64,000 nt of DNA from the human T2T-CHM13v2.0 reference genome, Homo sapiens: assembly GCF_009914755.1 (NCBI RefSeq), contig NC_060931.1. One strand, 5' to 3'. This document shows positions 12,993 through 26,731 of this stretch, in pieces. The first letter of the stretch is position 1, and every line of letters starts with the position of its first letter. Under the pieces are notes generated by a model, which was given only the letters and a program-made list of their open reading frames with translations, did no database searches and was not told the origin of the DNA. The position numbers and the translations under genes are program-made.

Positions 12993-15097
12993 ATTATTGT
13001 GTAATATTTTATGGGATGACTATACCACAGAAAAATTACCATTTCATTTTGTTAAGTTTGCTGTCAATTCATCAGAGTAACAGATAATACTTCAATAAAC
13101 CCTGTTGTATAAACATATGGATTATTCTCCAGGATACATACCTAGAAGAGGAATTCCTGCACAGAAGGCTATGATCATCACTAATTTTGATAGACTTTAT
13201 GGTTCTTAAAAAAAATAACTTGTACAGGGACAAATGATATCTTTCCTAACCATATGAATTTGGGTTTTTCCACTTTTATTTCAGTGAGGTCTAGGGACAC
13301 AGCTTGTCATACTTAATGTGAGGCATAAGAATCTGATTGATATCAGTGTGTATGGCCCATTTGTTACTAACACTTTCATACACATTGTATCTACAACAAG
13401 AATGTGGAATCACAGTCCTGTCTTAGAAAGAGGGCACAGTTCACTATAGAATATAAAATTAGAGCTCATGTGGATTACAGATAGGAGTCCTAAAAATCCC
13501 CAGGTGTAAAGAACATAGTCATAGCAACCAGAATTGTTAATATAAGAAAACAAAATAAAATTTTCTGGGGGCAGTTAGGCTGCCTTCTTACTCTCTTCTT
13601 TCAGCCCGCTGGGCACCCCTTTAGCAGCTGGTAACATTCTTGACAGAATTAGAGGACAGAAAGGAAGTCAACCAATCTGCTTCATCCATGCCTTCAACAA
13701 GCCTGCACCAAGCCATCAGAATGTGATGTCCCTCTGACACCAACCATCTGTTCTCAAACTCTCCAGCCACTGTTGAGAATTCACTCTTATATTTAGTGAT
13801 TCTCAGTGTAAAGCAGCCATTGCTTTTCTAGGAGAAATTAAATAATGATGACCCAAGAAACAAAGACTATAGTACATTATTCCCTCAGCAAAAGCTCTTC
13901 AGATGTTTCAAGGCATTTATTTTATTGACAATCATACTTTTCTTTCTTCAAATCTTATCTTCCCATGAAGATAAGGGAACTCTTTAACTCTTCTTTACAC
14001 TATTTATACAATTTCTTTTCAAGTTTTCTATAGGCCATTTGGTGTGAAACTAAGAATTTTAAAAGCATCCAATCAGGCAATAGTTTTATAAAATGTGAGT
14101 GTTTTTTCTTTTTGTTTTTGTTTTTTGGTTTGTTTTGAAATACACTGGTGAATTCCAATAAGTTTTCAATATTAGAAGTGTGATACCATATTTACTGATT
14201 AAGAAGAACTTATTTTTGTTTGTTTTCTTTTTGTTTTAGCAATTCTCTGCAGAAAAGCAGATAACTTATTTCTCATTTCTAAATGCTATTTTGCCTTCAC
14301 AGTCCTATATTAACACCCTGAAGTCATACTCTTCAAATAAGGGTGACACATTGTAAAGGAGGAAAATAGAGAGAGGAATGAAGAAAAACATGGAATGATA
14401 AGGAGATTAAAATGTTTGTTTCTAAATGTCTCCATAGTTTTAACTAGTTTATAATTAATAAATCACTTGGAGTAGCCTGATGTATTTGATTATACAAACC
14501 ACATTTTATAAGTTTAGCTTGGACTCCAGGAAGTTTCAGTGCTCAAAGATAGATGTTCTTTTTTTTTTTTTTTTTTTTCCTGGCTTGATCCTTTTTAAAA
14601 TGGCCCAGGTGAGGGTTTCCTTGCACATACTTTAAGCAGTTTAGAGGTTAATTGTGGCCATGCATTACAGTTTAAAACTCTCTGTCTCCTGGGGTTTGAG
14701 TGCCAAGGAAGAGTGGTCAGGGGGAGATTTCAATGAAGAATATTCCTCTTCCCACCCAACTTCAACTTCACATCAGAAATGTAGACAGACAGATGAAGAA
14801 TCCAGATGAGACCAATGTGCTAGCTTTGTTATTAATAAAAACAAGTCTGGGTGACATGGTTTAGATATAGGACAAATGGTCTTGCTGAGACTTCTCCCCG
14901 AATGAGGCTGACTTAGCCAGTCACAGGGCGTGCTGAGCAGGAGCAGGTCCATGGTGGAGAGTGCCCTGAGAAACACCTTCCTCAGGAAGGGACTGAACCA
15001 AGCCTGGGAAGCCAGCAGTATAACGCTGAGGAAGTTCTTTCACATGATAACAGGAGGGGTGAAACATATGTGATAGTTTCACCGTAACATTTGACTA

Positions 15098-16262
15098 TTT
15101 TTTTGTTGTGATAAAACACACCTAACTTGAAATTTACCATTTTAATCACAAGGTGCACTTTTAATGCAAACCTTTTAAAGTGCACAATTCGGTGGCATTA
15201 AGTACCTTCACAGTGTTGTACAGCCATTACCACTATCACCAGAACATTTTCATCAACTCTCCAAAAAACTTGTGCATTAAGTAGTCACTCCCCTGCCCCC
15301 CAGCCTTTGGCAACCACCAGTCTGCATCAAGTCTCTATGGATTTATCTAGTCTAGATGTTTCGTATAAATGAAATCACACAATATTTGGCCTTTCGTATC
15401 TGGCTTCTTTCATTTTGCATAGTGTCTGCAAGCTTCATTCATGTTGTAGCATGGATCGGAACTTCACTTTTTATGGCTGAATAATATTCCATTGTAGGAA
15501 TATATCACATTTTGTCTCTGTTAATCTGTTGATGAACATTTGAATTGTTTCCACCTTTTGGCTTTTGTAAATAATATGCTGTGAACATTTGTGTACAAGT
15601 TTTGACTTGAACTTCTGCTTTCAGTTCTTTTGTGCATATACCCAGGAGAGAAATTGCGTGTGTCTTGTGGTAATTTTATGTTTAACTTTTTGAGGAATCA
15701 CTAAGCTTTTCCACAGCAGCTGTGCCATTTTACATTTCTACCAGCAACGTATGAGAGTTCCAGTCTCTCTACATCCTCCCCAATACTTCTTTTCCTTTTT
15801 GTACTCATACAGCCATCCTACTGTGTGTGAAATGGTAGCTCATTGTGGTTTCGATTTGCATTTCCCTAATGACTGACAATTTTGAATGCCTTTTCATGTG
15901 CTTTTTGGCCGTTTGGATAACTTCTTTGGTAAAATGTCTTTTCAAGTTTTTTGACCACTTTTTAATTGGCTGGTTTGACTTTTTGATATTGACTTGTAAA
16001 TGCTCTTTACGTATTCTGAATAATAGACCCTATCATATATAAAATTCACAAATATTTTCCTCCATTCAATGGATTGTCTTTTCCCTCTCTTGATAGTATC
16101 CTTCAATGCATAAAATTTTTAATTTAGATGAAATCCAACTTATCTATCCTTCTTTTGTTCCTTATGCTTTTGATGTCATATCTAAGAAAACATTGCCAAA
16201 GCTAAGATGATAAAGATTTATCCCATGTTTTCTTCTAAGAGTTTCATAGTTTTAGCTCTGAA
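15098..16262 (-). mobile_element. L1MB-type 3' end fragment
   Basis: Antisense L1M 3' UTR and ORF2-end blocks (GGCAACCACCAGTCTG, TTTATGGCTGAATAATATTCCATTG, GTGGTTTCGATTTGCATTTCCCTAATGAC). Confidence 0.85.
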
Positions 16263-16300
16263 ATCTCGCTGATTTCCCAAAAATAAAACAAAACCAAAAC

Positions 16301-17280
16301 TTTTTCTAAACATCAACTTTACTGAAGTGTAATTTACATATGATAAAATGCACTCATACCATTTGACCCAGCAATCCCATTACTGGGTATATACCCAAAG
16401 GATTATAAATCATTCTACTATAAAGACATATGCACACGTATGTTTATTGCAACACTATTTACAATAGCAAAGACTTGAAACCAACCCAAATGTCCATCAA
16501 TGATAGACTGGATAAAAAAAAATGTAGCACATATACACCATGGAATACTATGAAGCCATAAAAAAGAATGATCATGTCCTTTGCAGGGACATGGATGAAG
16601 CTGGAAGCCATCATTCTCAGCAAACTAACACAGGAGCGGAAAACCAAACACTGCATGTTCTCACTCATAAGTGGGAGGTAAACAGTGAGAGCACATGGAC
16701 ACAGGGAGGGGAACATCACACACCGGGGCCTGTCAGAGGATGGGGGAAAGGGGAGGGAGAACATTAGGACAAATACCTGATGCATGTGGGGCTTAAAACC
16801 TGGTGATGGATTGATAGGTGCAGCAAACCACCATGGCACATGTATACCTATGTGACAAACCTGCACATTCTGCACATGTATCCCAGAACTTAAAGTAAAA
16901 TTTTAAAAATGCACTCAATTTTAAGTATACAATTTAATGAGTTTAGACAAGTGTCTACCCCAATTAACCACAATAAAAACATGAACATTTCCATTACTCC
17001 AGAAAGCTTCCTTGACCCCCTTGCAGTCAGTCTTCCCGACCCTCCCATCTATGCAATCACTGATATGATTTTTATCACTACAGATGAGCTTTATCTGGTC
17101 TAGAATCTCATACAAATAAAGTCATACAAGTGATGAACTCCTTTGTGTCAGATTTTTTTCTCAGCATAATGTATTTTGATTGATTTATGTTGTTGCTTCT
17201 ATTAGTAATTTGCTCCATTTTATTACTTAGTAGTATTTGATTGGATAGATACTACAACTTATTTATCCTTTTACCTTTCG
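16301..17280 (-). mobile_element. Old L1M (MD/ME-like) 3' end, interrupted by L1PA
   Basis: CTTTACTGAAGTGTAATTTACATATGATAAAATGCAC resumes as ATTTTAAGTATACAATTTAATGAGTTTAGACAAG after the insert. Confidence 0.7.
16357..16905 (+). mobile_element. 5'-truncated L1PA (PA7/8-like) 3' end
   Basis: CCATTTGACCCAGCAATCCCATTACTGGG...CCCAGAACTTAAAGTAAAA. TSD AAAATGCACTCA at 16345-16356 and 16906-16917. Confidence 0.93.
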
Positions 17281-17551
17281 GGATGAATAGTTTTTTTTTT
17301 TTTTTTAAATTATGTTTGTGTATCCCCTTCATTATAAAACCAAAACAGGTTTTGGATAGAAAAATTAAAACATGTAGGCCACAAAGAGGCAAAAAATTAT
17401 AAAACTTATATTTTACTATGGAAATGTTAACACTTTGATGTATAGCTTCAGAACTCTTTCTGGGGCTGTGTATAGGTATGTTTCTATTTATAAGATATTT
17501 GAAACTTTTTCCAATTTTTTTTCCTGAAATTTACCTAAAGCTCCAATGCTG

Positions 17552-17556
<5 letters not shown>

Positions 17557-17586
<30 letters not shown>
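17557..17586 (+). repeat. A30 homopolymer
   Basis: 30 consecutive A, with no recognisable Alu or L1 body upstream. Confidence 0.9.
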
Positions 17587-17587
<1 letters not shown>

Positions 17588-19404
17588 CACTAAGATCCCC
17601 TAATGAGACAAATAGTCAATCCCTGAGACTAGACTCCTTATCCCAAGACTTAGTGAGAGGTGACAGAATCCTCACCCCCATGGCCAGGCACCATCCCAAT
17701 GCTCCTTCCTTCAGAGCCTGTGTAAGCAGAGGAAGGGAGAAGTATTGAGATTGTTGGCTTTGTAAGTTATTTAGATTTACAGTAAGAATAATTTTGTGTG
17801 TGTCTTTTTGGCTGGTGAGGTGGTCATGCACTTTCCTCTTCAAAGTCAAGTGAGGCAGCTCCCAAGAGAATTACTGAAGCAGCTTGGGAGTATTTGCAAC
17901 AAGGAATGACTGGCCTGTGCTCCAATTGGATGTCTATTCAGGTGGAGGACTGGCTTGCCTGACTCTGCCTAATTGGAAAAGGAAATGAACATAAAAGAGA
18001 GAGCAGGGTACCAAGAGGGGATGTCAGTGGGGCCACTTGCATCTGCACAGTGGCACTGGCATGTCCTGAAGGCCTGTGCCTCCTGTGTGCTCACAGGGAA
18101 ACCGCCAAAGGGACCTGAGTAGAGCTCATCTTGCCCCACTTAGAAGGGGATCCAGGAGGAAAGCCCATGTGATTGAGCATGGTGGGAATTGACAGGGAGT
18201 GGAAGGGTGGATCTACCACATCAGAGAAGTGTGCAGTTGGCAGGCGTAGTGAGCCTCTGCTAGGGGCTCTGGAAGGGTCTGCATTTGGATACCCACCCCG
18301 TAGAGGGCAGTGCTGTCAGCGTATTTTAGCCAGAGCAGCAAAGACTCCAGTAAGAAGACGACTGTGACCATGGCCAAATCATCAAGGAAAAAGAAGCTCT
18401 CTCTTGTCTCCTCCCCTTAAGAAGCAAAGCAGGCCCTCCCTTCACCTTCGAAATGTCTCAAGCTGACACCCAGGGGGCAGGTGATGACATTGGAGTTGGA
18501 TTGAGATTGGAAATTTAAACTGGAGAATACTTGATAATTGAAAGGGACTAGATATATATGGGATCTGATGCTGTTAAAGAAAAAAGGAATGGGACTCAAA
18601 AGGCTTTGTGGAAAGCAATATGTAGAAGGAAAAAAATATGATATTAAAAATAACTATTGCACAAGCATAACAACACACTAGTACTATTATTATACTTGTA
18701 TTCTTTGGTAAACTGTTTTATATAAAACTTAGCAATGTATAGTGAACACTGACCATGCCCATGTGTATTCATCTAAGACATCATATTTAATAGTGGAATC
18801 GTATTCCATTACATGCAGGTACCACAATTTAGAGGTGGACATTTACAGTGTTTTCATTCTTTTAGGACAAATATCGTTATCATTAATATTTGCACACACT
18901 CTTAAATAATTCCTCAGGTGACAATCTAGAAATAGAATTGCAAAATCAAAGACGTATGTCTATCTATTAACAAAATGCCCAACAACAATATTATACTAGC
19001 TTATGTGACCACCAGCACTAAGAAAGACTTCGTTTTTTTTTTGTTTGTTTGTTTTTAACCAGTTAGATTTCTTTCATGAACTGCCCCTCACCCCAATCCC
19101 ATTGTATTGTTCGTATGAAGCAGGCTGGCTACGAAGAACATACGGCTCTGCACTTCACTAGCCACATATATCTGTAGTTCATGTTTAGTTAACAGGGATA
19201 CTTGCATATCCATTGTTGCCCTACGCCTTTCAGAAGCTTGGCCACATAAACAGGAATTCATGGAGGGCTAATCTCTCCCTTACAGGTACTTCGAATTTCA
19301 TTGTTGCATCGAGCCAGCTGATTTGGGAGTTGAGTTCCTGGATAGGCATACTATCCACAGTGTTTTACCAGAGTGAAATCACAGGTGATATCATTCTATA
19401 TTAA

Positions 19405-19766
<362 letters not shown>

Positions 19767-20026
19767 TACTGTCATTTTTTTATTCTGTCTCCTTTCTATG
19801 AGGAGCCCTGGGGAAATTGTCTTTAGTCTCACTATAAGAAATAGTTGTTCTTTTCCTGAACTAATTTTATTTAATTCTATGGCTACTATGACACTTTAAA
19901 GACATTTTTAGGAAAATCAAGTTTTGGCCCACATCCAGCAAGAGGAAAAGATTTCATGGTGTACATTCATGTCACTTTTTCATTCTGGCTGAGGGCTACT
20001 TTGCTCAGCCTTTCATATATTCCCTT

Positions 20027-20576
20027 CCTTCCTTCCTTCATTCCTTCCTTCCCTCCTTCCTTCCTTTCTTCCTTACTTTTGACAAGGTCTTGCTCTGTGG
20101 CCCAGGCTAAAGTGCAGTGGCGCCATAAGGGCTCACTGCAGCTCTGAGCTCCTGGACTCAAGTGATCCTCCCACCTCAGCCTCCTGAGTAGCTGGGACTA
20201 CAGGCACGTGCGACCACACCCAGCTAATTTTTGTACTTTTTGAACAAGATCTTGTCTTTTACAGGGACATGAATGGAGCTGGAAGAAGTTACCCTTAGCA
20301 AACTAACACAGGAAGAGAAAACCAACTACCGCTTGTTCTCACTTATAAGTGGGAACTGAATGATAAGAACACATGGCTGATAAAGGGGAACAACACATAC
20401 TGGGGCCTATTGGAGAGTTGGGGGTGGGAGGTGGGAGAGGATGAGAAAAATAATTAATGGGTACTAGACTTAATACCTCGGTGATGAAATAATCTGTACA
20501 ACAAACCTCCATGACACACATTTACCTATGTAACAAACATGCACATGTACCCCTGGGCTTAAGAGTTTAAAAGAAA

Positions 20577-20607
<31 letters not shown>

Positions 20608-20727
20608 TGTAGAGATGAGGTCTCCCTATATTGCCCAGGCTGGTCTCAAACTCCTAAGCTCAAGTAATCCTCCCACCTCAGACTCCCAACATGCTGGGAA
20701 TACAGGCACAAGCCACTGTGCCCGGCC
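20027..20727 (-). mobile_element. AluJ with (TTCC)n tail, split in its linker by an L1
   Basis: Arms at about 20076-20242 and 20602-20727. TSD TCATATATT(C/T)CCTT at 20013-20026 and 20728-20741. Confidence 0.88.
20243..20574 (+). mobile_element. L1PA (about PA13-16-like) 3' UTR fragment
   Basis: GCAAACTAACACAGGAAGAGAAAACC...GGGTACTAGACTTAATACCTCGGTGATGAAATAATCTGTACAAC...GCACATGTACCCCTG. Confidence 0.88.
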
Positions 20728-20825
20728 TCATATATTTCCTTTTTTATCTGAAATACAAACACATCTTTCTTGTCCTCCTTGAGTCCTCTTTTAAGTAAGT
20801 TTGGAATAAATAAATAATATTTATT

Positions 20826-20891
20826 TTAGGTTGGTACAAAAGTACATTACTTTTAATGGCAAAAATCACAATAACTTTCGCACCAATCTAA
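20826..20891. mobile_element. MADE1 (Hsmar1-derived MITE) with an internal deletion
   Basis: TTAGGTTGGTACAAAAGTA...TAATGGCAAAAATCACAATAACTTTCGCACCAATCTAA; about 14 nt missing from the left arm. Confidence 0.85.
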
Positions 20892-20938
20892 TAATATAGA
20901 GTGACCAAAAGATAAATCCCTTAAAAATAAGAAAACTG

Positions 20939-21309
<371 letters not shown>

Positions 21310-21809
21310 TTAAAGACATTTAGATGCCATCACATTTCAGTTTGGGCTTTTTAACTGGAAAGATGCTTTGCTTTGCAGTTCTTTAAAGGAATCGCAAGCT
21401 TTGTGATAGAGGAGGGGGGCTTAAAAATCCCTGTGCGCTGTTTGGCTAGAAAACAACGTGAGGCCCCAGTGAGAAGGCGCAGAGGGCTGCGTGCTTGGGA
21501 TCAGCTAGCTCTCAATTCCACATTCCAAAAACAGAATGACTAAGATTCCCTCAGGCTTTTCCCTACAATGGTCAAGAGGGTCTGAGAGGGCAGGGCGAGA
21601 GGCTGGACAGGATCTTGATGGGTGCTGGCCAGGGGAAGCTGCGTCTGTGCCTGGAGCACTCCTTGCTCCGTGTTTCTTAGGAAGTGTGGAGGCAAGCACG
21701 GAGCAGGAGGGGAGGGCGCAGAGCATCGCTTTCTCTGTGGCAGTTGTTCATTTTCCACAGTCCTTGTTTTAGACTATTTCTTCAATTGATGAGTGATTTT
21801 GTTTTTTTT

Positions 21810-22720
21810 TTTATTTTAAAATGTTTAACCAACAACTAAAAATCATATGTATTCAAGGTTATAACATGATGATTTGCGATACCTATGTATAGTGTAATGA
21901 TTACCACAATCAAGTTAATTAACATGTCCATCACCACCCACAGTTACCCTTTGTGTGTGTGTGTGCGTGTGTCTTGAGGACACTTCAAATCTTTCAAACT
22001 TCAGCTAAATATACAGTATTATTAATTATAGCCACCATTAGACTTCCAGAACTTATTCATCTTATAACTGAAACTTTGTACCTGTTGACCAACACCTCTC
22101 CATTGTCCTCACCACTAGCCCCTGGCAACCACCATTCTACTCTCTATTTCTACTGTCTTTTCCACATATGAGTGAGATCATGCAGTCTTTCCATGTCTCA
22201 CTGACTTCACTCAGTATCATGCTCTCCATGTTTGTCCGTGATGTCAACCAATAGCAGGCTATTTCTTTTTATGGTTGAATAATATTCCATCATATATATA
22301 TGTGTGTGTGTGTGTGTGTATATATATGTGCATATATATGTATATATGTATGTATATATGTGCATATATATGTATATATGTATATATGTGCATATATATG
22401 TATATATGTATATATATGTGCATACATATGTATACATATGTATACACACATATATATATATACATATCATGTTTTCTTTATCCATTTATCTGTAAATGGA
22501 CACTTAGGTTGTTTCTATATCTTGGCTGTTATGAATAATGCTGCAATGAACATGAATTGAAATACTGATTTCATTTCTTCGGACATATATTCAGAAGTAG
22601 GATGGTTGGATCATATGGTAGTTCTATTTTTTAATTTTTGAAGGAAACTCCATACTGTTTTCCTTAATGGCTGTACCAATGATATTTCCATCAACAATGC
22701 AAAAGAGTTCAATTTTCTGT
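21810..22720 (-). mobile_element. L1MA9/10-like 3' end
   Basis: ATTACCACAATCAAGTTAATTAACATGTCCATCACC, CCAGAACTTATTCATCTTATAACTGAAACTTTGTACC and GAATAATGCTGCAATGAACATG blocks. Confidence 0.8.
22291..22467. repeat. Alternating purine-pyrimidine (TA/TG/CA)n tract
   Basis: 177 nt of uninterrupted YR alternation inside the L1. Confidence 0.95.
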
Positions 22721-22736
22721 TAAGAGTGATTTTGAA

Positions 22737-23063
22737 GGCTGGGCACAGTAGCTCACATCTATAATCCCAGCACTTTGGGAGGCGTCCCAAAGTGCTGGGA
22801 TTATAGGTGTGAGGCAGGAAGATCACTTGAGCTCAGGAATTTCAGACCAGTCTGGGTAATATAGGGAGACCTTGTCTCTACTAAAAATTTAAAAAGTTAG
22901 CCAGACACGGTGGTGCACACCTGTAGTCCCAGCTACTTAGGAGCCTGAGGTAGGAGAACCACTTGAGCCCAGGAGTTCATGGCTGCAGTAAGCCATGCTT
23001 GCACCACTGCACTCCAGCCTGGGCAACAGAGTGAGACCTTATCTCAAAAAAAAAAAAAAAAAA
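22737..23063 (+). mobile_element. AluJ carrying an internal 29-bp inverted duplication
   Basis: TSD AAGAGTGA(T/A)TTTG(A/G)A at 22722-22736 and 23064-23078. Palindrome at 22752-22813. Confidence 0.92.
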
Positions 23064-23224
23064 AAGAGTGAATTTGGACTTATCTGTTTTTAATATGTAT
23101 AAAATAATTTTAAAAGAGGGACAGTAAATTTTTAAAAAAGGATTGAGTTGGGTGAAGGCTGTGGTACTTGTTCCTGGTTGCATATGCACAAATACCAAAT
23201 GCCATGCTTCTTATTCTTCTCTTC

Positions 23225-23600
23225 ATTCAGGATAGGCTCAGCTGTAACAAACTATATCAAATCTCAGAAGCTTCAAAAGACTAAGGTTTATTTCTCACTC
23301 ATGCCACCCGTCTACTGAGGGTCATGCGGAGTTCTGCTGAGTGATGTTCTCCATCCAGGATCCCAGCCAGGATCCCAGCTGGTAGAGCAGCCTCCACCTG
23401 GAACATTGCCTAAGATATTGGAAGGGTACACCAAGGCAATGGTGAAGCTCAAAGTGGCTCCTAATGGCTGGCCAGAATCAGCCTTTGTATCTCCTTGGCC
23501 AAAGCAAGTCTCATGACCACAGCTAATTCCCAGCAGGTGAAGATGTGATTTCTTCCATCCAGAAAGACAGAAAGCCAGAACATCTTGAACAGCTCTGGTG
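23225..23600 (-). mobile_element. Old MLT1 (J/K-like) LTR
   Basis: CAGGATAGGCTCAGCTGTAACAAAC...AAGGTTTATTTCTCACTCATG and TTGGCCAAAGCAAGTCTCATGACC blocks. Confidence 0.6.
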
Positions 23601-25399
23601 ACTATCATATCCTTTTCTTCTAAGCCAAATATGAGATTCTTTTATAGCAGCTATGACATTCAAGGAGCTCTTACAGATGTCCCCAATACTGTCACAGTGG
23701 AGTTTATCTTACAGAATTGGGCCACTCTAAGTGACTACCTGTTGCCTCAAAGGGTAACAGGTCTAACAGAAAGAACTGTACTCCAGAATTGTAAGTCTTC
23801 TAGATTCTGCAACTGGAAGAGTAAGTGGATAAGAATAGCCAAGAACATGTGAAAGAAGAATTTGTGGAAGTTAATTTGTAATGAGGACAATCATAAATTC
23901 TTCCTGAGTTAGGTCTCCTTATCTGCAAAGTTCCCATCTGCCAAGGGGACAAGATACAACATGGGAATCCCAATGGATGCAGAAGGGAAGTAGAGGTAAA
24001 TTTGCCTCTTCTAGCCACACAATATCTGGTAGAAGAAACGGAGAAAAAGGCAGGGGCAGACAACCAGAGGGAGGGGTAGTGATTCTGGGGAAAACAGAAG
24101 GCAGAGTATATTCATTACAATTTAATAAAACTATAGGAGGTGACCCTCTTGAAGGCTGCCTCCACACCCACCAGTCAAGGCTCCATCAATGTAAACTAGC
24201 AATCCAACATGGTAGTGCCCAGAGAGCCAAGATTATTTATCATGTTATGGACAGATTGGCATAGGCCCTGAGGGGTACTCAAAGGCCAGTGGGACTGCTT
24301 CAAGGCCCTTGTGTTGGGGTGGTATCCAGCATAGCAGACTCCTCTAGGTTGATATCCTGGGCCAGAGGGGACAGCTGGACAGTGTCACATTGGTTCTGAC
24401 AGGTGCATGGCACTTGCATGAGCCAGACTGGGGCTAAGTCAGCCAGGCAGGCTGTCAGGCCCTAATCACATCAAGGATGGCCAAATCATGTTCCACTAGG
24501 GACCAGCTTGAGCTGCAAATGACCAATAGGACAAATGATGTCATCCAGAGGACCCAACCACCCGGATCTGAGACACAGTAAGCCTCCATCATCCACCCAG
24601 ACATACGTTAGGAAACTGAAAGAGGAAGACAGGAGCCTCCAAAGATTGGGTTTTTGTGTAGAAGGAACTGAATAATTTAAAGAATGTTCAGTTTATGAGG
24701 TCAGACTGAGATGAATGAATGGAGATAAGGTGTCACGAGGAAGATCAGCTCACTGAGAGCAGTAGTTCTCAACCCTGGCTGTACATTGCCCAATGCCCAG
24801 AGCTTTCAGAAAATACTCCCCCCCACCCCAAACCACAACTATTATGTTGCAATTGCTGGTGGTGGGCTTAGATCTGGGCGTAGGTGCATATGTATGCAAG
24901 GACACATATGTACGTAATTTCTCCAATGTTTATAATGTACAAATATGAATTATCTAATAGAAATAAACAGTGTCACTAAAGGGCATGCCCTGGCAGATCC
25001 TCAGGGCTGGTGGAATTGGCTCCAGAACTTTTGCTCTTGGCTCCCATTCCCCACTGGGAGAAGCCTGATACCTGACTCCCTGAACCTGGCCTTTGGCTTC
25101 AGACTCTGAAGTCAAATCCCTTCCTTCTCCCTCTGGCTCAGTCTCCATCGACTCAACTAGTCCTGCCACCTCTTTTCTGCTTGGCCCAGCCCTAGCACCC
25201 TACTCACTGGTGTAGCCATTATAGGCAGCTCAATGTAGACCAGTCAGCGTTTTGGCTGGAAAATAGACAGATGTAGCTGAAAGAAGCTGATGGATCTTTC
25301 TCAGGACTGGCAGTTACCCGCCATGAGGATGAAGGCCACATGGGGTATAGTCAAGGGGTGAGCACACGTCCAGTGAACTGGCTGATTCCTGCTGTGGCA

Positions 25400-25590
25400 G
25401 GTGCAACCTGCAGGCCCACGGATGTCAGATCTTCTACAGAAGGGAAGCCAGAATTCTAGATTTTTATCTGAAATTTACCAATATTTAAATACCAGTAAGG
25501 AATTCATTTTTTATTACATTGTATGTGCCAAATGAAAAATAAACCTATTTATGAGTTAGTCCCAGCCCCAGGCTCCGGCCTTGGCCTCTG
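25400..25590. mobile_element. MER102-like hAT fragment
   Basis: GAAGCCAGAATTCTAGATTTTTATCTGAAATTTACC...ACATTGTATGTGCCAAA resembles the recalled MER102 consensus. Confidence 0.5.
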
Positions 25591-26499
25591 GAAAGCCTCT
25601 GAAACAGTAGGGATTGCGGGAAGAAGGGTGTGTGGAGGCCAAGGATCTGCTGCGCCTTTCCAGTCAGGTGGGTCACAATGAGATGGTTAAGTGTTTGAGC
25701 AGACTGTGACCACACTAAAAGTGATGCTTCCCCTGGGGCAGTTTTACAATAAAGATAATAAAAACCAACAAAAAAAAATGATGATTATAATTTTGTTTTG
25801 CATAACTTCTTTAAGGAGGCCCTCAAAGCTTTACAGAATACTTTAACCCTTTCAACGTCTCTATGGGGGAGGAATATGGAAAGTGATATCTTCATTTTTA
25901 TAGCTGGAGAAACAAATGTTGGGGAAAAAGCTACTAAACGACCAAAAATCTCACATTTTTTTCAGAGGTGGATAAAAATCTGGGCTTAAGGACAATATTT
26001 TGTTGGTTATTTTGAATCCACTTAAGAAAAATTTCAACATGACTTATTTGCTCACATCATCCCTCATAATTCTTACATCCCCTCCAGCCATCCACTCACA
26101 TCCCCTGTGCCCATTTTTCTGGGCTAAGTTCAGGTCAGTTGCTTTCCATGAAACCTTGCTGGGCTGTCCCAGGTCTCAGCTGACTCTCCCTCCATTCTCT
26201 GCACCCTGGTATTTAGCATGAGGACAATTCATATCACAATTAGTCTTGCTTGGTCTCCCGACCAATTGATCTACCTACTGCATTGACACTGTGTTATTGC
26301 TCTGCGTTTTTATTGTGCTTTTTAAATGCTGCTCAACTCCTGGTAACTCCTTCAAGGTTGGGATAGAATTTCATACAATGGCTTCTGGGTCCCTCTCAGG
26401 GCCTTGGACAGAGCAGGCCCCAGAACATATTTCTCCCATTGCTTCCTTTATCTTAGCATCTGCTTTCAGTTCTCTAAAACAATAGAGTTAAGAAAACAA

Positions 26500-26690
26500 C
26501 TGGGTGTGAACCAGCTCCTTGCCAGTTTTATGAATTGCACAAGTCTCCAACTTCTCTGAACTTCAGTTTCCTCAACTGTAAGTTGGCGATAATAGTCCCT
26601 ACTTCCTAAGGCTGTGGTGAGGATGATATAATTTAGGGTATATAAAAATGCTAGAACATCACCCTAAACACAGTTAGCATTCTCTACATG
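26500..26690 (+). mobile_element. MIR
   Basis: AACTTCTCTGAACTTCAGTTTCCTCAACTGTAAGTTGGCGATAATAG core. Confidence 0.75.
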
Positions 26691-26731
26691 TTAGCTGGCT
26701 TTTTCGTTTGCTTGTTTTTTATTTTGTTTTG

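Noticed and set aside
17950-18400. Possible old LTR remnants (also about 9960-10450 and 24100-24760)
   Set aside because: Composition is suggestive, but I could not assign a family or termini by eye.
19286-19384. Possible 99-nt exon (CTAAT branch point, pyrimidine tract, CAG acceptor)
   Set aside because: Weak GTGATA donor, no recognisable peptide and no partner exons; needs RNA evidence.
22207-22560. Overlapping Y/I/C/M/H-rich ORFs (also 45024-45435)
   Set aside because: Artefacts of (TA/TG)n repeats that lack stop codons.
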